From: a virus
Lineage: Duplodnaviria > Caudoviricetes
IMG/VR virus record: IMGVR_UViG_3300012952_000113
Coordinates: 1-26,355 of that record
Reading direction: 5' to 3' (one strand)
Length of the DNA stretch: 26,355 nt
Below are positions 1 to 8,828 of this stretch, in pieces. The position numbers and the translations under genes were made by a program. Under the pieces are notes generated by a model that saw only the letters and a program-made list of their open reading frames with translations, was not told the DNA's origin and ran no database searches. The first letter of the stretch is position 1. Each line of letters starts with the position of its first letter.

Positions 1-744
1 CAAGGCCGACCACCCGTCCCGCCACAAACTCCACCTCCTGCGCCGTCGGGCCCGCCACCTCAAGGTACTCGTTATAATCCAAGCTCCAACCCGGTAAAAT
101 ATCGGGATGGAGAACGCCCTCGTGGCCGGCCACCTCAAGGTACTCGTTATAATCCAAGCTCCAACCCGGTACCATATCAACGGGGAGAGCCTCCCCGGGG
201 GAAAGGGCCAAATGCGCAACCTCCAAGGTCTGGACCTCTCGCACCCGAGATAGCTCCTGATGGCCGAAGAGTAATTCGAACCCCCGATGGCAGAGTGGAG
301 CTTCGACCTCCGAGATCCCCAACGCCTTCTCCTGCTGTCGAAACTTGGCCTGATGGCCGAAGAGTAACTCGAACCCCCGATGGCAGAGTGGTCATTGAGC
401 CTCCTCGAACTTCACCGAGTAGCCCATCATCATCTCCATCAAGAACTCCCGGAGGTCGACCACCCCTTGGAGGCCGCGGCGGAATGGTTCGCCTCCCCGC
501 ACTCGGCGCCGCAGCAAATGTAGGCTTAGCTGGGTATACTGGACTAGAGATTGGAGATGCGATCAATAAAGCAACCCCCGCACCGGGACGGAATCTTGAC
601 TATACAGACATCGTTGATCTAGATCTTAGGCCGTCTGAACTAGCCGGCGGCTTTGAACAGGCTGCGGATTATCTTAGTCCGCTGGTAGACCCATCAGCGT
701 ATGAGGCTGTTTGGGACTCTATGTGGAATGACGATGATGAATAG
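1..744 (+). CDS. Pro/Arg-rich repeat protein, 5'-truncated; possible internal virion protein
   Basis: Frame +1 is open from base 1 (QGRPPVPPQTPPPAPSGPPPQGTRYNPSSNPV...) through the track ORF 295..744 to TAG at 742-744, so the true start lies upstream of the window. It carries two pairs of in-frame repeats and a C-terminal Gly/Ala-rich helix (LGAAANVGLAGYTGLEIGDAI). Confidence 0.75.
   Translation, partial: QGRPPVPPQTPPPAPSGPPPQGTRYNPSSNPVKYRDGERPRGRPPQGTRYNPSSNPVPYQRGEPPRGKGPNAQPPRSGPLAPEIAPDGRRVIRTPDGRVELRPPRSPTPSPAVETWPDGRRVTRTPDGRVVIEPPRTSPSSPSSSPSRTPGGRPPLGGRGGMVRLPALGAAANVGLAGYTGLEIGDAINKATPAPGRNLDYTDIVDLDLRPSELAGGFEQAADYLSPLVDPSAYEAVWDSMWNDDDE
54..171 (+). repeat. Direct repeat, 2 x 43 nt (54-96, 129-171), period 75 nt
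   Basis: Identical gccacctcaaggtactcgttataatccaagctccaacccggta; encodes PPQGTRYNPSSNPV twice. Confidence 0.95.
256..391 (+). repeat. Direct repeat, 2 x 43 nt (256-298, 349-391), 1 mismatch, period 93 nt
   Basis: cctgatggccgaagagtaa(t/c)tcgaacccccgatggcagagtgg; encodes PDGRRV(I/T)RTPDGRV. Confidence 0.95.
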
Positions 745-753
745 GAACTTACA

Positions 754-1020
754 ATGAAAACTACAAAAGCACAACTCAAGCAACTAATATTGGAAGAACT
801 TGTTAAAGAGAACGAGAGAGAGAAAATGTATGATCTTTTACAAGGTCAAATGCCACCGCCACACTCTATGGGCTTGGGTAAAGACGCAACAGAAGCTTCT
901 ATGACACCTAATGTCGAAGTGGAGGCTGAAAATAAAATGTCCGATGCAGTGCTGAGCCTACAGCAAGCCGGTTATACGGCAGAAGAGATAGTTCAGATGG
1001 TAATGGATGCCGTTAGTTAA
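754..1020 (+). CDS. Small acidic phage protein with N-terminal MKTTKAQLKQLILEEL motif
   Basis: AGGA Shine-Dalgarno before the ATG and tight packing with the upstream gene. The N-terminal motif recurs in other genes of this window. Confidence 0.8.
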   Translation: MKTTKAQLKQLILEELVKENEREKMYDLLQGQMPPPHSMGLGKDATEASMTPNVEVEAENKMSDAVLSLQQAGYTAEEIVQMVMDAVS

Positions 1021-1027
1021 AAAACTC

Positions 1028-1056
1028 TTGACAAACGCATCTCAGTGTGTTACCTT
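1028..1056 (+). promoter_or_regulatory. sigma70-type promoter (early/middle)
   Basis: Perfect TTGACA at 1028-1033, 17-nt spacer, and extended -10 TG-n-TACCTT (1048-1056), intergenic and upstream of the 1093 and 1296 genes. Confidence 0.65.
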
Positions 1057-1092
1057 ATACATAGTGCAAAGAAATATACACTCTGAGGAACA

Positions 1093-1278
1093 ATGTCTGC
1101 AGGTCTTATGTTTATTGTCTTGTGCGCCATAGTGGCCGCATATCTCTTCGGCATGTTTAGTGCTTTTATGATCGCTGATCGTAATAGCTTGAAGGGCCAA
1201 ATTAATGACTACCAGAGAGCCCGTCAAAGAGAACTGAATCAAAAATACTATAATAGCTGGGATCACCCAACCTATTAG
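1093..1278 (+). CDS. Small single-pass membrane protein
   Basis: GAGGA SD; hydrophobic N-terminus LMFIVLCAIVAAYLFGMFSAFMI followed by a polar tail. Confidence 0.65.
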   Translation: MSAGLMFIVLCAIVAAYLFGMFSAFMIADRNSLKGQINDYQRARQRELNQKYYNSWDHPTY

Positions 1279-1295
1279 GAAATAAAAGGTGTAAC

Positions 1296-4200
1296 TTGAA
1301 GTTTGCTCATATAGCCGACACGCATATAAAAAATTTAAAATATCATTATGAATACAGAGCCGTTTTCGAACAATTATACGATGTTCTTAAGAAAGAGAAG
1401 GTTGACTGTATTGTACATTGTGGAGATATAGCGCACACAAAGACGCAGATATCGCCAGAATTTGTTGAATTGTGTTCTGATTTTTTTCGTAATCTGGCAT
1501 CCATTGCTCCAACTTATATTATCCTCGGCAATCATGATGGTAATTTAAAAAACAGCAGTCGACAGGACGCTCTTACTCCCATTGTCGATGCTCTTAATTT
1601 ACAGCACTTGCATTTGTTGAAAAATTCAGGCGAAACTGACTTGAATGATCAGTTCTGCCTGAATGTGCTTTCAGTGTTTGACGAAGACAACTGGCGCGCC
1701 CCAACCAATAATAATAAAATTAATATTGCTCTTTATCATGGCTCCATTTCTGGGGTGAAGACAGATACGGGCTGGACTATGGAGTCTGGAGAGCACAATG
1801 TTAATATCTTTAATAATTTTGATTTTGCATTCTTGGGAGATATTCACAAAACGAATCAAGTGTTGGATAAAGAGGGTCGAATACGATATGCTGGAAGTAC
1901 AATTCAGCAGAATCATGGCGAAACAAACGACAAGGGACTGTTGTTATGGAATATTCAAGACAGGGATACCTTTACCTGCGAACACATCGCGTTTAAGAAT
2001 CCAAAACCGTTTGTCACAGTAGCTTTAACGCCAAAAGGAAGAATCCCCAGAGGAACAAAAGTTCCCAAGGGCGCCCGTTTGCGCTTGGTATCAAACAATA
2101 ACCTTCCTCTAAGTCGCATGAAGCGAGCTATTGACATTGCAAAGCATAGATTTCGACCTGAGGCAATTACTTTTCTCAACAAGGCTGCCGGTTCACGAGG
2201 CAGTGTTGATTCTTTGACGAACACCATTATTAAGGAGAATCTGCGCGATATCGCCGTGCAAGAAAAGCTAATGCGCGAGTACTTGGGCGACTATGAGATC
2301 GGGGACGAATTAATGACGCGCGTTCTAGACTTGAATAAGAAATATAACAAAATGGCCGAAGAAGACGAAGAAGTCTCCAGAAATATCAATTGGCAACTAA
2401 ATTCTTTGAAATGGGACAACTTGTTTAACTATGGAGAAGGTAACGAGATTAATTTTGCAAATTTAAATGGTGTTGTTGGGATCTTCGGCAAGAACTATAG
2501 CGGTAAAAGTAGCGTCATAGATTCAATTTTATATACAATGTTCAACTCTACTTCAAAAAATGAGCGTAAAAACTTAAACATAATCAATCAAAATAAGAAT
2601 TCTTGTACTGGCGAAATAAACATTTCAGTTGGGGATACAGAGTACGATATTACGAGAACTTCAGAAAAATATGTTAAGAGACTCAAAGGAGAAGAAACAT
2701 TAGAGGCAAAGACGGATTTAAATTTTGAATGCAAGAATAAGATTACTGGCGCTTCTCAAAGTATGAATGGTCTCTCCAGAATCGAAACAGACAAGAACAT
2801 TCGCAAAATGTTTGGGACCCTTGATGATTTCCTGTTGTCCTCTTTAGCAAGTCAGCACGATTCGTTAACATTTATTAATGAGGGCTCAACTCGTAGAAAG
2901 GAAATTTTAGCCAAGTTTTTAGATCTTGAAATTTTTGAAAAGAAATATAGGCTATCGAAAGATGATGCATCGGATTTGCGAGGCGCACTCCGTCGGCTGC
3001 AGGATAGAGAATTCGATGAAGAGATAGCTGCAGCGACAATCGAGCTATGCGAAAGCGAAGACAGTATTGCAACAAAGAAAGAACAATGCAAGAAATATCA
3101 AGGCTCAATTGATAAAACGCAAAAAGACTTGCAAAAAATCGAGGCGGAAATAGCATCGATACCAGCAGAAATTATCGACGCGATTAAGACGAAGCAAGAA
3201 ATTGCCACCTTAGAACGCCAGAATGTCGCACTAAATTCGAAAGTGATAGAAGACAAGCAAGATCTGAAAATAAGAACTGATTTGTTTCAAAAGATATGCA
3301 ACTTTCTGACAAGCATTGATATTGATAACTTAGAAAACAAAAAGCTTAAGATTGATGAACATAACAAAGAGCTTGACAAACTATACACAAGGTTATCAAA
3401 TATCGAGAAAAAAGCTACTCTGCTCAACGGAATCCCGTGCGGAGATTCTTTTCCTAAATGCAAATTCATCCGAGATGCAAATGTTGCAGTTTCGAACAAG
3501 GAATATGTATCACAAGATATAGAACAAACTCGGGAACAAGTCGGGAAGCTAGATCCCGATGAGACACTAGGGCAAATTGACAAATATAACAAGATAAAAG
3601 ATAAAAAGAATGAAGTGTCGACCGTAGTTGCAGAATTGAACCTATCTATCGAAAGGAACGCAAATACTGTCGAAAAGAATGTCAACAAAATTACGGCTTT
3701 AATAGAAAAACTAGAAGAATATAACAAAAACAAGAAGGTAATCGACAATTTAGAAAGCTTGGTGGCTCGTTCTAAAAAGTTGAAAGAAAGTGTTCGAGAA
3801 ACACAAAAAAGAAAATTAAGATGCGATGAACAATTAACAAATCTTTATGTAGATCACGGCTCTTTAGAACAAAAGTTGCGAAATTTGGAGGAACAAAAGC
3901 AAGAATACCAAGACTTGCATCATGAGTATGCTGCATTTGATTTATATACGCGATGCATGCATTCAAACGGGATTGCTTATGATATTATTAAGCGAAAGCT
4001 TCCGATTATCAACGAAGAGATAGCAAAAACTCTGGCAAATATTGTAAATTTTGACATCTTTTTTGACGATGATGGAAACAAGCTGAACATCTTTATCAAA
4101 CACCCGAAACATGAACCTAGGCCGATTGAAATGGGCTCGGGAGCAGAAAAGACAATAGCCTCTATGGCTATTCGTATGGCTCTCTTGTCGGTGTCTAACC

Positions 4201-4406
4201 TTCCGAAAGGAAATATTTTTATTTTAGACGAGCCGGGTACCGCACTTGATGCAGAAAACATGGAAGGTTTCGTAAGAATCTTGGACATTATTAAGACATA
4301 TTACAAAACGATCTTGCTAATATCACATATGGATAGTTTAAAAGACAATGCAGATATAATCATCAATATAGATAAAAAGGAGGGATATGCACATGTCAAC
4401 TGTTAA
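1296..4406 (+). CDS. Fused Mre11/SbcD (gp47-like) nuclease + Rad50/SbcC (gp46-like) SMC ATPase
   Basis: Metallophosphoesterase motifs HIADTH, GDIAH, GNHD, YHG, GDIHK; then Walker A GKNYSGKS, long coiled coil with central CGDSFPKC, signature-like GSGAE, Walker B ILDEP, D-loop ALD and H-loop ISH. TTG start. Confidence 0.92.
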   Translation: MKFAHIADTHIKNLKYHYEYRAVFEQLYDVLKKEKVDCIVHCGDIAHTKTQISPEFVELCSDFFRNLASIAPTYIILGNHDGNLKNSSRQDALTPIVDALNLQHLHLLKNSGETDLNDQFCLNVLSVFDEDNWRAPTNNNKINIALYHGSISGVKTDTGWTMESGEHNVNIFNNFDFAFLGDIHKTNQVLDKEGRIRYAGSTIQQNHGETNDKGLLLWNIQDRDTFTCEHIAFKNPKPFVTVALTPKGRIPRGTKVPKGARLRLVSNNNLPLSRMKRAIDIAKHRFRPEAITFLNKAAGSRGSVDSLTNTIIKENLRDIAVQEKLMREYLGDYEIGDELMTRVLDLNKKYNKMAEEDEEVSRNINWQLNSLKWDNLFNYGEGNEINFANLNGVVGIFGKNYSGKSSVIDSILYTMFNSTSKNERKNLNIINQNKNSCTGEINISVGDTEYDITRTSEKYVKRLKGEETLEAKTDLNFECKNKITGASQSMNGLSRIETDKNIRKMFGTLDDFLLSSLASQHDSLTFINEGSTRRKEILAKFLDLEIFEKKYRLSKDDASDLRGALRRLQDREFDEEIAAATIELCESEDSIATKKEQCKKYQGSIDKTQKDLQKIEAEIASIPAEIIDAIKTKQEIATLERQNVALNSKVIEDKQDLKIRTDLFQKICNFLTSIDIDNLENKKLKIDEHNKELDKLYTRLSNIEKKATLLNGIPCGDSFPKCKFIRDANVAVSNKEYVSQDIEQTREQVGKLDPDETLGQIDKYNKIKDKKNEVSTVVAELNLSIERNANTVEKNVNKITALIEKLEEYNKNKKVIDNLESLVARSKKLKESVRETQKRKLRCDEQLTNLYVDHGSLEQKLRNLEEQKQEYQDLHHEYAAFDLYTRCMHSNGIAYDIIKRKLPIINEEIAKTLANIVNFDIFFDDDGNKLNIFIKHPKHEPRPIEMGSGAEKTIASMAIRMALLSVSNLPKGNIFILDEPGTALDAENMEGFVRILDIIKTYYKTILLISHMDSLKDNADIIINIDKKEGYAHVNC

Positions 4407-4650
4407 AAAGCTTACAATGAGAGAAATGCTCGAAATTAAGCGACATTTGGATTCTGGCTCGCTCAAGGTGAGAGTGTTAGAAATAAATGAAAACGATGAC
4501 GGATCAGCTAATGTTAGCTTAGAAGTTAACGAGGAATTTGTCAACTGGTTCAAGGAAAGGGAGGGCCTCAAACGCTGGAGTAACAAGAGATTTCAAAAGT
4601 TTTTTACGGAAAACTTGCAGAATCTGCTTAATTCCAAGCCTCAAAAATAA
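4393..4650 (+). CDS. Hypothetical phage protein
   Basis: Track ORF 4387..4650. GGAGG at 4379-4383 is better spaced for the ATG at 4393. Confidence 0.7.
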   Translation: MSTVKKLTMREMLEIKRHLDSGSLKVRVLEINENDDGSANVSLEVNEEFVNWFKEREGLKRWSNKRFQKFFTENLQNLLNSKPQK

Positions 4651-4656
4651 AAAATA

Positions 4657-4665
4657 ACTATTTAT
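4657..4665 (+). promoter_or_regulatory. Putative phage late promoter motif ACTATTTAT
   Basis: Intergenic, about 20 nt before the 4684 start. The motif recurs before other structural genes. Confidence 0.55.
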
Positions 4666-4683
4666 CGTCAGGAGGATAATTTT

Positions 4684-4884
4684 ATGAGAAAAGGAACTCT
4701 TGACCGTATTTTAGAAAAAGCAGTTTCCAGAAAACTGTTTACTTTTTTGACTGCGACGGGACTCATGATGTGGTCTGATTTAGACTCAGAAACATGGGGT
4801 ATGATTGCAGTTGTGTATATCGCTGGACAAAGCGTTGTTGATGTCATGAAGGCATATCGATTTGGCGACTCTGGAGAAGTATGA
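4684..4884 (+). CDS. Small two-TM membrane protein, holin-like
   Basis: GGAGG SD; 66 aa with a basic N-terminus, SRKL motif and two hydrophobic segments (LFTFLTATGLMMW, WGMIAVVYIAG). Confidence 0.55.
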   Translation: MRKGTLDRILEKAVSRKLFTFLTATGLMMWSDLDSETWGMIAVVYIAGQSVVDVMKAYRFGDSGEV

Positions 4885-5297
4885 TGAGTTGGCTGACATG
4901 GGAGGCTACCAAGCTTTTTGCAAAAAAGGCTTGGATTTGGTCTAAGCACCATTGGAAAATCCTTGCTCTGGTGGCGTGGACTATCGTAATTTGGTTTGTG
5001 TCTAGGAAAAATGCAAGAGCCATGTTAAAGGTTCTGGAAACTACGCGCCAAAGCTATGAAGATGAAATATCTGCCTTAAATGAAACTCACGAAGAAGAAG
5101 TTGAAAAGATCACGCTAGCGATGGAAGACTACCAGCGCGTTATATCAGATCTTGACAAAAACTACAAAGAGCAGACCGGGAAATTAACTTTTGAGAAAAG
5201 AGAAAAAATTCAAGAATTGATGGACTTGCACTATCACGACAAGGAAGCATTTAGCGATGCTGTAGAAAAGGAATTTGGATTTAAATATGTTGAATAA
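4881..5297 (+). CDS. N-anchored coiled-coil membrane protein (i-spanin-like topology)
   Basis: TM segment ILALVAWTIVIWFVS followed by a heptad-rich acidic helix; ATGA overlap with the upstream gene. Confidence 0.5.
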   Translation: MMSWLTWEATKLFAKKAWIWSKHHWKILALVAWTIVIWFVSRKNARAMLKVLETTRQSYEDEISALNETHEEEVEKITLAMEDYQRVISDLDKNYKEQTGKLTFEKREKIQELMDLHYHDKEAFSDAVEKEFGFKYVE

Positions 5298-5739
5298 GAT
5301 CATGACGCTGTGCATTTCTGCTAACTTGGTATTCGCTCCTGTAGCACATGCTGATGAAGAACAGCCTATGTTTACAAATCTGGAGCAAGGAGAAGAAGCG
5401 CCGTTTGCGGGGACGCTATTTAACCCAGCGGCGACAGCACAGTTAATAGCAGAAAGTCAGTTTAATATGTCAGAATGCGATTTAAAAGTAGAGTACGAGT
5501 GTGGCCTCGTTCGCGCGGACTACCAACTACAGTTGAATGTTTTACAAGCAAGATATGATTCTTTGGATGAAAGGCACACCTTATTAATGGATATCAAACA
5601 GGCAGAGATTGATACATATCGAAGTATGGCTATCGACCAGCCAAACAGGAATAACCATTGGTGGTTAGCAGGAGGAGTCGTCGCCGGCATCGGATTGACC
5701 CTTGGAGTCTTGTTTGCATCTCAGGAGATTCAAAATTAA
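5287..5739 (+). CDS. Exported coiled-coil protein with signal peptide and C-terminal TM anchor (spanin-like partner?)
   Basis: MLNKIMTLCISANLVFAPVAHA|DEE resembles an SPase I signal (A-x-A); C-terminal WWLAGGVVAGIGLTLGVLFAS. ATG 5287 preferred over the track's TTG at 5275. Confidence 0.55.
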   Translation: MLNKIMTLCISANLVFAPVAHADEEQPMFTNLEQGEEAPFAGTLFNPAATAQLIAESQFNMSECDLKVEYECGLVRADYQLQLNVLQARYDSLDERHTLLMDIKQAEIDTYRSMAIDQPNRNNHWWLAGGVVAGIGLTLGVLFASQEIQN

Positions 5740-6131
5740 TGTCTTCTTCTAAAAAAGATTTAAACTATATTGCCAAGATAGAGCAAGCGATAGCAGAGAA
5801 ATATGGGGCAGAAACAGTTCAGAATCCTAAAAGCGGGTGGAGCCCGCAGAAAGAAGAAGAATACCGAGAGCAGGTAAAAAAATTACAAGAAAAAATTAAT
5901 TTATTAGAAGAGAAGACCGAGAAGATTGAACTATCGGGATTTTTGGTTTCAAAAAGGCTACTTAATAGAGATAACAAAAGAACCTGCCCTATATGCGAAA
6001 CATACTCGTTTAAAAGCGAAGACGATGTGTATATGAAAAAATATGAATGCTGTTACAAGTGTTATATAAGTCATGTCGTAGATCGCGAAGAGCGTTGGGA
6101 AGGCGGCTGGAGACCAAAAAAAAGTGAGTGA
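5739..6131 (+). CDS. Hypothetical protein with C-terminal Cys cluster (CPIC...CCYKC), putative Zn-binding
   Basis: AGGAG SD at 5723-5727 and TAATG coupling with the previous stop place the start at 5739 rather than 5658. Confidence 0.75.
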   Translation: MSSSKKDLNYIAKIEQAIAEKYGAETVQNPKSGWSPQKEEEYREQVKKLQEKINLLEEKTEKIELSGFLVSKRLLNRDNKRTCPICETYSFKSEDDVYMKKYECCYKCYISHVVDREERWEGGWRPKKSE

Positions 6132-8793
6132 TAAGCTGAATGAATATGCCGATGATCCTGCGCGCCCCGGCAAGCGTATAGAAAAGGATGATGCTTCGAT
6201 TCAACGAAGAGAGATGATTGATTTGCTACAGAGCATGACAAATGCTTTAGATGCTTTAGTATATTATGCAACACCCAGCCGCGGCCCGGGTCTTCCGGGA
6301 ATTGAGAAATCCATAGGATCTTCCTTAACTCAGTTAGCTTCCGGGGAACTGAAAGAGTCCCAAATTAAAGGTTCTGAGCTTAAGCAAATTGTAGCAGAAG
6401 AGTTACAAAAGTTGCTATATGAATCGCACACAAAAGAACAGGAAGAAGAGCTTAAAACTATTGTTGGCGAATTAGAGAAGGCATCCGAAATGCATGCCGG
6501 TCAAGCAAAGCGTATCCAACAGATGCTCGATGAAACCGATGACGACAAATTGGAAGAAGGCGAGAAGAAAAACTGCGGATGTGGACAGGATCCTTGTAAA
6601 ACTTATGGAATCCAAGAAGAAAAAGAGCTTGAAGAAAAAAAAAATAAAGACGGCAAGGAGCAAGGAGCCGACGGAAAAGCTTGTTGGGATGGCTATAGGC
6701 ATGCTGGAACAGAAGATGGTAAGGATAAGTGTGTCCCAGTGAAAGAATCAACTCAAATTAAAGGTTCAGAGCTTAAGCGAATCGTAGCAGAGGAATTGGC
6801 AGCTATAACCGAAAGTGGGGATCACCCCGAGAATTCTATTCTTAACCTCATGAATTCTTCGGATATTCTGGGCGGCGACAACCGGGTTTACCCTCAATCA
6901 ACACTGCAAGGACAAGGGACGCCGCCACTGGAGAGTCTATATCAAGACGAGAGAGGCTGGTACGAGATCATCGAAGATCCGACAACGAGAACAACTCGCA
7001 AGAACTATTATCCCGGAGTAAAGGCCGATCTTGAGCGAGAACGCCGCCTTAACCGTATGCTCTATAAGGGAGGTCTAGAGGACCTTGAGAGCAAGATACC
7101 TAGAAATCGTAATCCCGGCTATGTAGGAATAGACGATGTTGCCCAAGGGCAACCATTTCAAGTCACCCCTAAAGATTTGCCTAGCCCGGGTCCTCAAACA
7201 GGCATATCAAGCAGAGGCTTGAGTCAACTTTCAAGAGAGGCCGATGCCGTTAGAGATATTGTGGCGCCCATCACCGCTGCAGCCACCGCTGCAAGAACAA
7301 ATCCTGCAGCGTTAGCTCGAAACATCGCCAGCGCAGTTGTCGCCCCAATCACAAGCCCCAGAACTGCTTCTGCACTTAACCCTGCAGTAGGCACTCCTGC
7401 CGCTTGGGCAAGAAATCTTCGTGCAATTCCTAAAAACCCCTCGGTCTTATCCAGAGGCCTCGGAGCATTAGGAGCAGCCTCCACTCCACTGGCCGTCGCC
7501 GGCGCATTTGACCTCGGACAAAGAGGTGCTACTGGTTTAGGTAAAGCGATGGGTATAGTCCCGACTGATCCGGAGACGGGAGAAGCAAGATACGGGCTGT
7601 ACGACGCAGATACTTGGGAAGCTGTCGGAAGTGGTCTTGCCCACTACGGCGGAGAGGCATGGGATGGCCTCAAGTCCCTTTTTGAAGACGAAGAGCGCCT
7701 AAATAATTTGATTAGAGAAGAGCTTCAAACTTTAATGTCATCTAAAAAAAAAAGATTAATAACTGAGGACGATTCACAAGCGCTAGCCCAGGCAGCGTAT
7801 GAGAAACAGCTTGCCGCAGACAGAGCTAATAAGGGATGGGATATCCTAATGCGAGCATTCGGAAAGCAAGAATCCGGTGACGATCCTACTGCTCTTTCTG
7901 GTGCCGGCGCCTACGGAAGATTCCAAATTATGCCAACTATGTGGACAGCTTGGCACAAAAAAGCAGAAAAATATTATGGACTACCAAAAGACTCACTCAA
8001 GGAGCAGAAAGATAACCCTCAGAACCAGTATTTGGTTGCTCGGTATCAGATGCAAAAATACTATGATGAATTTTCAGGTTACGGGGAACACTCACCGCAC
8101 GGCACTGTATGGGGAGATATAGCTGCAGCGTGGTACGCCGGCGAAACAAAGGTGCGCAGAGCATATCAGGCAAACGAAGCAATTGCCGCTGGAAAAAAAC
8201 CTAGTAAGAGACAACAGCAAGCTTTGGATTGGGTATCTTCTAGAGGCACTTTCCGTGCCGATCCCAAAGACCGATCGACAATAAAGAATTATTGTCGCAA
8301 AGGTTTGGACCCCACTCGACCTGAAGAGATTGCGTGCCCGGAAGAGCCAAGAGTTGGAACCTATGTTGATCAACTTCTTAGCAAAGCAGAGGCGATGAGG
8401 ACACCCCAGCCGCCGGCCCCCCCAAAGCCCGAATCAGATGATTATATAGCCGATGCCCGAGAGGCAGTCAGAGTACCGCACGAATTCTATACGGATCCGG
8501 CCGGTGATTCTCCATCGCCCCGCTCACCACCACCTCGATCGCCAACAGCGCCTCCCGAGAAAGAGCCGGCAGGTTCGACTGACAATCCCGAAGTGATCGT
8601 TAAGGCGGAACCTCTTGTCGAACCCCCACCGTCGATAACCCACGACGATGAGATGGTGATAACACAGCCGGCTGCAACGAGCAAGCAAGATGAACGGGAG
8701 GATGAAGAGACAGGTGATGTTGTGGATAAGTATTTTTCCAAAGCAGGGCAACAAGCTATCGCATCTGCTGGCTGGGGCACCCCATCGCAATAA
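6124..8793 (+). CDS. 889-aa modular protein with lysozyme-like/lytic transglycosylase domain; probable internal head/ejection protein
   Basis: SLT-like motifs QESG (candidate catalytic Glu), GRFQIMP and AAAWYAG at about 7860-8145; repeated IKGSELKxIVAEEL segments; small Cys motifs; Ala/Gly-rich helices; Pro-rich C-terminus. Confidence 0.7.
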   Translation: MSDKLNEYADDPARPGKRIEKDDASIQRREMIDLLQSMTNALDALVYYATPSRGPGLPGIEKSIGSSLTQLASGELKESQIKGSELKQIVAEELQKLLYESHTKEQEEELKTIVGELEKASEMHAGQAKRIQQMLDETDDDKLEEGEKKNCGCGQDPCKTYGIQEEKELEEKKNKDGKEQGADGKACWDGYRHAGTEDGKDKCVPVKESTQIKGSELKRIVAEELAAITESGDHPENSILNLMNSSDILGGDNRVYPQSTLQGQGTPPLESLYQDERGWYEIIEDPTTRTTRKNYYPGVKADLERERRLNRMLYKGGLEDLESKIPRNRNPGYVGIDDVAQGQPFQVTPKDLPSPGPQTGISSRGLSQLSREADAVRDIVAPITAAATAARTNPAALARNIASAVVAPITSPRTASALNPAVGTPAAWARNLRAIPKNPSVLSRGLGALGAASTPLAVAGAFDLGQRGATGLGKAMGIVPTDPETGEARYGLYDADTWEAVGSGLAHYGGEAWDGLKSLFEDEERLNNLIREELQTLMSSKKKRLITEDDSQALAQAAYEKQLAADRANKGWDILMRAFGKQESGDDPTALSGAGAYGRFQIMPTMWTAWHKKAEKYYGLPKDSLKEQKDNPQNQYLVARYQMQKYYDEFSGYGEHSPHGTVWGDIAAAWYAGETKVRRAYQANEAIAAGKKPSKRQQQALDWVSSRGTFRADPKDRSTIKNYCRKGLDPTRPEEIACPEEPRVGTYVDQLLSKAEAMRTPQPPAPPKPESDDYIADAREAVRVPHEFYTDPAGDSPSPRSPPPRSPTAPPEKEPAGSTDNPEVIVKAEPLVEPPPSITHDDEMVITQPAATSKQDEREDEETGDVVDKYFSKAGQQAIASAGWGTPSQ
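6361..6798 (+). repeat. Diverged 45-nt direct repeat (6361-6405, 6754-6798) encoding QIKGSELK(Q/R)IVAEEL
   Basis: caaattaaaggttctgagcttaagcaaattgtagcagaagagtta versus caaattaaaggttcagagcttaagcgaatcgtagcagaggaattg; differences are mostly synonymous. Confidence 0.9.
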
Positions 8794-8828
8794 AATTAAA
8801 AAGAAATGGTTAAAGAAGAGAACAACGA

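Noticed and set aside
54-391. 43-nt direct repeats as a mini-CRISPR array
   Set aside because: There are two different repeats with only two copies each. Periods are multiples of 3 inside an open Pro-rich frame, and no cas genes are present, so these are coding duplications.
6635-7753. A10 homopolymers (6635-6644, 7744-7753) as programmed frameshift or phase-variation sites
   Set aside because: They encode Lys runs in an intact frame, with no obvious stimulatory structure or meaningful alternative-frame product.
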